From NCBI RefSeq assembly GCF_009914755.1, contig NC_060945.1: a DNA stretch of 64,000 bases. One strand, written 5' to 3'. The notes beneath the pieces are model-generated. The model was given only the letters and a program-made list of their open reading frames with translations. It was not told the origin of the DNA and ran no database searches. The position numbers and the translations under genes are program-made. This DNA comes from the human T2T-CHM13v2.0 reference genome, Homo sapiens. Below are positions 56,895 through 64,000 of the stretch, piece by piece; positions within the stretch are counted from its first letter, which is position 1; each line of letters starts with the position of its first letter.

Positions 56895-57780
56895 TGAGAC
56901 TACAGGCACATACCACCACTCCTGGCATATCCCTGGCATGTTTTGTTGATGTTGTTGTTTATTTTTTGAAATAGAGTCTTGCTCTGTCACCCAGGCTGTA
57001 GTACAGAGGCACAATCATAGGTCACTGCAGCCTCGACATTCCAAGCTCAAGTGATCCTCCCACCTCAGCCTCTGGAGTAGCCAGGACTACAGGTGCACAC
57101 CATCACACCCTGGCTAATATTTTAATTTTCCATACAGACGAAGTCTCACTGTATTGCCTAGACTGGTCTTGAATTCCTGGGCTCAAGCAATCTCCCTGCC
57201 TCAAACTCCCATAGTATTGGGATTACAGGTGTGAGCCACTGTGTCCAGCCTACCTGGCATGTTTTTGACATTCTCTAAATGTTTACTGATGAACAATTAG
57301 TTGAATTTCATTGCTAACATTATCCTCTCCTTTGGTGAATTTTAGTCTGTGTCTGCAATCCTACATCATAGACTTATGAATTTGGATTAAATGGATTTTA
57401 AAATATCATGGCAGAGCCAAAGAGCCCCCTTTTTAGATACATGCGTCTGTGTGTGAGTGGAAACGGAGTGCTTCATTCTGTGGCCATCTGGGTTGTGGTT
57501 TGGGGAGGGGAACACTGACCTGGGAGCGAGCCTTGGGCTCTCATGGAGCTCCTGCCTCTGTCCTTGACGGGCCCTGCAGGCCTCTGAGCCTCGGTTCCTT
57601 TGTGCTTAAGCAGGATGATCATGCCAGCCTTGCTGGGTGGTTGTGAGACTGGCTGCAGTGGGATACACGTAGCTACTGCACACACTGCAGAGAGCTTTCA
57701 GGTGGGAGGACAGTTTTCAGAACTAAGCTCATCAATACACAGAACAGTTGTATCTTGTATTTTTTTTTTTTTTTTTTTGA

Positions 57781-58170
<390 letters not shown>

Positions 58171-58784
58171 TGATCCGTCCGCCTTGGCCTCCCAAAGTGC
58201 TGGGATTACAGGCGTGAGCCACTGCACCCAGCCAATTTTTTGTATTTTTTAGTAGAGACAGGGTTTCTGCATGTTGGCCAGGCTGGTTTTGAACTCCCGA
58301 CCTCAGATGATCCTCCTGCCTCAACCTCCCCAAAGTTGCTGGGATTACAGGCATGAGCCACCGCACCTGGCCATGTATCTCATAATTTTTAAAAGAATTC
58401 CTGTACAGGCTGGGCGTGGGGGTTCACGCCTATAATCCCAGAACTTTGGGAAGCTGAGGCGGGAGGATCAGTTGAGTTCAGCAGTTTGAGACAAGCCTGA
58501 GCAACATAGTGAAAACCTATCTCTAGAAAAAACTTTAAAAAGTAGCTGGGTATGGTAGCGTGCACCTGTGGTCCTAGTTACTCAGGAGGCTGAGGCGAGA
58601 GGATCATTTGAGCCCAGGAGGTCGAGGTTGTAGTGAATTATGATTGCACCACTGCTGCACTCCATCCTGGGTGATAGAGTGAGACCCTGTCTCGACAAAA
58701 ATAAATACTGAGTCTGGGTATGGTGGCTCACACCTGTAATCCCAGCACTTTTGCAGGCCAAGGCGGGCCGATCACTTGAGGTCA

Positions 58785-59144
<360 letters not shown>

Positions 59145-59571
59145 TCAAACCTTTCTCAGCCAGAAGTGGCTTTGGAAGCTCTAACAGAAGTTTCCTGCAT
59201 GCAAGTGAGGTACCCAAAGCTCTCATCCTTGGAGTCACATCTCTAGTCAGAGTGTCTGCCACAGGACAAGACCCTGGCGCGATGGGACATGCTGTGCCTT
59301 ATTTCATCAGAGGTGTCCAGCTTTCCCCAGCACATGCGTTCTCCCTGAGGAAGGCTGCCGGCACAGATATTAGGGGCTGGATGTTCTTGGAGGTGCACCT
59401 TGGGGAACCGCTGGGCTCTCTAGCTTGCTGTTTCCTTGAATCCAGTACCCAGGCCTAATTTTGCAACAGTCAGTAATAAATTGTTGACTGAGTAATTTCT
59501 GTGTAGCTTTTTGAAGAGTATGTCCAGAAGCCACAGTTAATTATCCATTTGAAGTCCTTGTTTCAGTTTTA

Positions 59572-59932
<361 letters not shown>

Positions 59933-60134
59933 TCAAAAAAAAATTACCCAGGCGTGGTGGCACACAACTGTAGTACCAGCTACTCGGGAGGCTGAGGCAG
60001 GAAGATCACTTGAGCCCAGGAGGCGGAGGTTTCACTGAGCCGAGATTTGCACCACTGCACTCCAGCCTGGGTGACTGAGCTAGACTCCATCTCAAAAAAA
60101 AAAAAAAGAAAACGAAATTTTACGTATCAAATTA

Positions 60135-60365
60135 TAACAAGCAGTGCCAGGCACTGTTCTAAGCACTCTTCCCATATCTCATCTTCCCCAGTCCTCAACA
60201 ACCCAGGGAGTAGATGCTACTGCTATCCCCATGTCATAGACAAGGAAGTTGAGGTCTGGAGGGACTGACCTGCCTGAGTCATGCAGTGTCCACACAGGTG
60301 TCAGCGGAGAAGCCTGGATTTGAACCCAGGCATTCTGGCAGTGCGGTTTATATTTTAATCACTGT
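60135..60365 (-). mobile_element. MIR SINE
   Basis: gtgccaggcactgttctaagcac ... ggatttgaacccagg motifs. Confidence 0.7.
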
Positions 60366-60405
60366 GCTGTCTTCCTTCTGAAAATTCTTGATTCTCATGT
60401 GTTTA

Positions 60406-60756
<351 letters not shown>

Positions 60757-61229
60757 TTATAGTGAAACACTTGTAGAGGTTTCCATTACCATATAAAATT
60801 TGAGTAACTTTATTCTCTAATGTAATGTTTAAATGCACCTCTGTTTCTGAATGTGCCTTGTTTCCAAAGTTAGTTTTGTGATATTTTGACAAGATGTGCA
60901 AGTATTTTAAGGTTGCTAATCTATGTTTCACACCCTAACCCTTTTTACTTTTGATAGGGGGATCACTAAAAACTTGAAGGCCATGCCCTCACTTTTCAAC
61001 TAAGCAGAAAAGAGATTCAGGAAATTTGAGTTCTATTTTGAGGTGACAGGGAAGCAACAAGGCGAATTCCTGCTTTCACTAATTACTAGTACAGTATTTG
61101 TAAACCTTTATTTTACATAGTTTGTTATGGTCTCTGAGAGAAGAGAAACAGTCTCTGAAAGTCCCCATCTCAGGCTGTGAGATAGGCCTACACAGCTAGT
61201 CTTAGGTCGGTAGTTTTGTGTTTTATTAT

Positions 61230-61550
61230 ACAGTCATCCTTCAGTATCTGAGGGGAATTGGTTCTAGGCCACCCCTCCCACCAGGATTCCAAAATGTGCA
61301 GATGCTCAAGTCTCTGATATACAGTGATGCAGTATTTGCATATCATCTAAGTACATCCTCCTGTATACTTTAAATCATCTCTAGATTACTTATAATACCT
61401 CATACAATGTAAATGCCATGTAAATAGTTGTTGTATTGTTTAGGGAATAATGTCAAGGAAAAAAGTTTGTTCATGTTCAGTACTAAAGCAGATGATTTTC
61501 TGAACATTTTCCATCCTCAGTTGGTTGCTTGGTGGGTTTCTATGGGACCT
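61230..61550. mobile_element. MER2 (TcMar-Tigger) element
   Basis: cagtcatccttcagtatc ... gatgctcaagtc ... tactttaaatcatctctagattacttataatacc ... tagggaataatg motifs. Confidence 0.8.
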
Positions 61551-61673
61551 GTCTTAGGATGATTGCATTGAAGATACTGTCAGTAATAAGTAATGTGTCA
61601 TGAAATGTCTGTAATTTTGACTGAGTTTTAAGTTGTTTTGTTAAATAACATTCCTCTTTATGCCGTTTCCCAG

Positions 61674-62768
61674 ATGTAGTGGAACCAAAGGAGAGGGGCA
61701 AGCTCCTAGCCACCCAGACAGCAGCTGAATTGTCTAAAAACTTATCTTCACCCAGTTCTTACCCGCCAGCTGTGAATAAGGGCAGGAAGGTAGCTAGTCC
61801 CAGTCCCAGTGGCAGCGTGCTATTCACAGATGAAGGGGTTCCGAAATTTTTGTCAAGAAAGACTTTGGTAGAGTTTCCACAGAAAGTTCTGTCTCCATTC
61901 AGAAAACAGGGCTCTGATTCAGAAGCTCGTCAGGTGGGTCGGAAAGTGACGTCGCCTTCGTCTTCATCCTCGTCCAGCTCCTCTGATTCTGAATCTGATG
62001 ATGAGGCTGACGTTTCAGAGGTCACTCCTCGAGTGGTGAGCAAAGGCAGAGGGGGGCTTCGAAAACCAGAGGCCTCTCATTCCTTTGAAAACAGAGCCCC
62101 CCGAGTTACAGTATCAGCAAAAGAGAAAACCTTGCTGCAGAAGCCGCATGTGGACATTACTGATCCAGAGAAGCCCCACCAGCCAAAGAAGAAAGGGTCC
62201 CCTGCTAAGCCATCAGAAGGCAGGGAAAATGCGAGACCAAAAACCACAATGCCCAGATCTCAAGTAGATGAAGAGTTTTTGAAGCAAAGTTTAAAGGAAA
62301 AACAATTGCAGAAAACATTTAGATTAAATGAAATAGATAAAGAAAGCCAAAAGCCATTTGAAGTTAAAGGACCCTTACCTGTCCACACAAAATCAGGGTT
62401 GTCTGCGCCACCGAAGGGCAGCCCAGCGCCTGCTGTGTTGGCAGAAGAGGCCAGAGCAGAGGGGCAGCTGCAAGCCAGTCCTCCTGGGGCGGCAGAGGGG
62501 CATCTGGAAAAACCCGTGCCAGAGCCCCAGCGCAAGGCGGCCCCTCCCCTGCCCAGAAAGGAAACCTCAGGGACGCAGGGAATAGAAGGCCACCTGAAGG
62601 GTGGACAGGCAATCGTGGAAGATCAGATACCACCAAGCAATTTGGAGACAGTTCCTGTTGAGAATAACCACGGTTTCCATGAAAAGACAGCAGCGCTGAA
62701 GCTTGAGGCCGAGGGCGAGGCCATGGAAGATGCAGCCGCGCCAGGGAACGACCGAGGCGGCACACAGG
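61674..62768 (+). CDS. NDUFV3: NDUFV3 exon 3, 1095-nt cassette exon of the long isoform
   Basis: ORF 61679..62779 (366 aa). Acceptor tttcccag, donor G|GTATAC. Phase 1-1 and length divisible by 3. Ser/Pro/Lys/Glu-rich low-complexity protein. Confidence 0.93.
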
Positions 62769-63280
62769 GTATACCTTGACTCGCGCTCCCAAGTGCACCC
62801 TGTCCCTTAGGGTAGTGAGGCAAAAGAACTAATTTACATATGCTTGTAGAGCAGTGTTACAATTAGTCAAATTCTGTACTAGAAATATGGCCTGTAACGC
62901 TGTCTCAGCCAGGCAGAAAAGTATGTCTTAATTATGGACAATCCACATCTTTATATTTAGAATCCCTAAAATATTTAACGTTCTTTTTTTTTTTTTTTTT
63001 TTGAGATGGTGTCTTGCTCTGTTGCCCAGGTAGAGTGCAGTGGCGCGATCTCTGCTCACTACAACTTCCATCTCAAGCACTTCCCCTGCCTCAGCCTCCC
63101 AAGTAGCTGAGATTACAGGCGCAGGCCACCACACCTGGCTAATTTTTTTGTATTTTTAGTAGAGATGGGGTTTCACCGTGTTGGCCAGGCTGGCCTCGAA
63201 CTCCTGACCTCAGGCAATTCACCCGCCTCGGCCTCCCAAAGTGCTGGGATTACAGGCATGAGCAACCCCACCCTGCTTAA

Positions 63281-63406
<126 letters not shown>

Positions 63407-64000
63407 TGAGTAGCTGGGATTACAGTCCCCCACCACCATGCCCAGCTAATTTTTGTATTTTTAGTAGAGACGGGGTTTCACCATGTTGGCCAGGATGGTC
63501 TCAATCTCCTGACCTCATGATCAGCCTGCCTCGGCCTCCCAAAGTGCTGGGATTACAGGCCTGAGCCACCGTGCCCGGCCCCCAACCTTCATCTTAAAGA
63601 GTATGTCCTTGGCACTCTTCACTATTTCTTAACCGGTATAATTTTTGAAAACTGGCAGCTTAACATTGTCACCACTGACTTTTGAAGGTGTCCAAGTGTT
63701 CATTGATGACCTTGTGGGGCATCTCGCTAAGTGAAAAGGGGAGCCTCCGGTTTAACTTGCATAGGTGAAGAGCAGTAGCTAGTCGCTTGGCGTGAGAGTC
63801 TTTGGGTAAACTAGATGATTGCTTTCAGCATCCTGTGCACAGGGCAGATTCATAGTTCAGGAATTAAAGCAGTAAGTGTTGTACAGGTCAGCCGCTGCAT
63901 ACGCATCCTTTCCCCTGGACAGCGTTTCCTTCTCTGGTTAACTGAAAACACATGTGGGCTGCTTTACTCTTCTAGAAGACATTTTATGAAGGGTTTTTTG

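Overview
This is eukaryotic, Alu-dense primate DNA, recognisable as the human chr21q22.3 WDR4-NDUFV3 locus. The minus strand carries the complete WDR4 coding sequence (non-catalytic WD40 subunit of the METTL1-WDR4 tRNA m7G46 methyltransferase). Its 11 coding exons run from ATG at 37866 to TGA at 8411; all have GT-AG junctions and sum to 1239 nt (412 aa). The plus strand carries exons 1-3 of NDUFV3 (complex I subunit), including the 1095-nt cassette exon of the long isoform; the last exon lies beyond the window. The genes diverge from separate CpG-island promoters about 13.8 kb apart. The rest is mostly transposable elements: dozens of Alus, a MER11 (HERV-K/HML-8) solo LTR with 6-bp TSD nested in an Alu, MLT1 LTRs, Tigger/MER DNA transposons, L1 and MIR fragments. 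There is also a CpG-rich VNTR below the WDR4 3' UTR and a long (TA)-rich tract. Most ORFs in the supplied track are spurious. The most notable observations are four. (1) An out-of-frame overlapping uORF in the WDR4 leader is rich in Trp/Ala/Cys/Pro codons read by m7G-modified tRNAs (speculative autoregulation). (2) A degenerate duplicate of the exon 4 end with its own donor sits in intron 4. (3) A 13-bp inverted repeat of NRF1-like sites lies in the WDR4 promoter. (4) A 57-bp tract was apparently copied between inverted Alus. Repeat family names are from recall of consensus sequences, and repeat boundaries are approximate.
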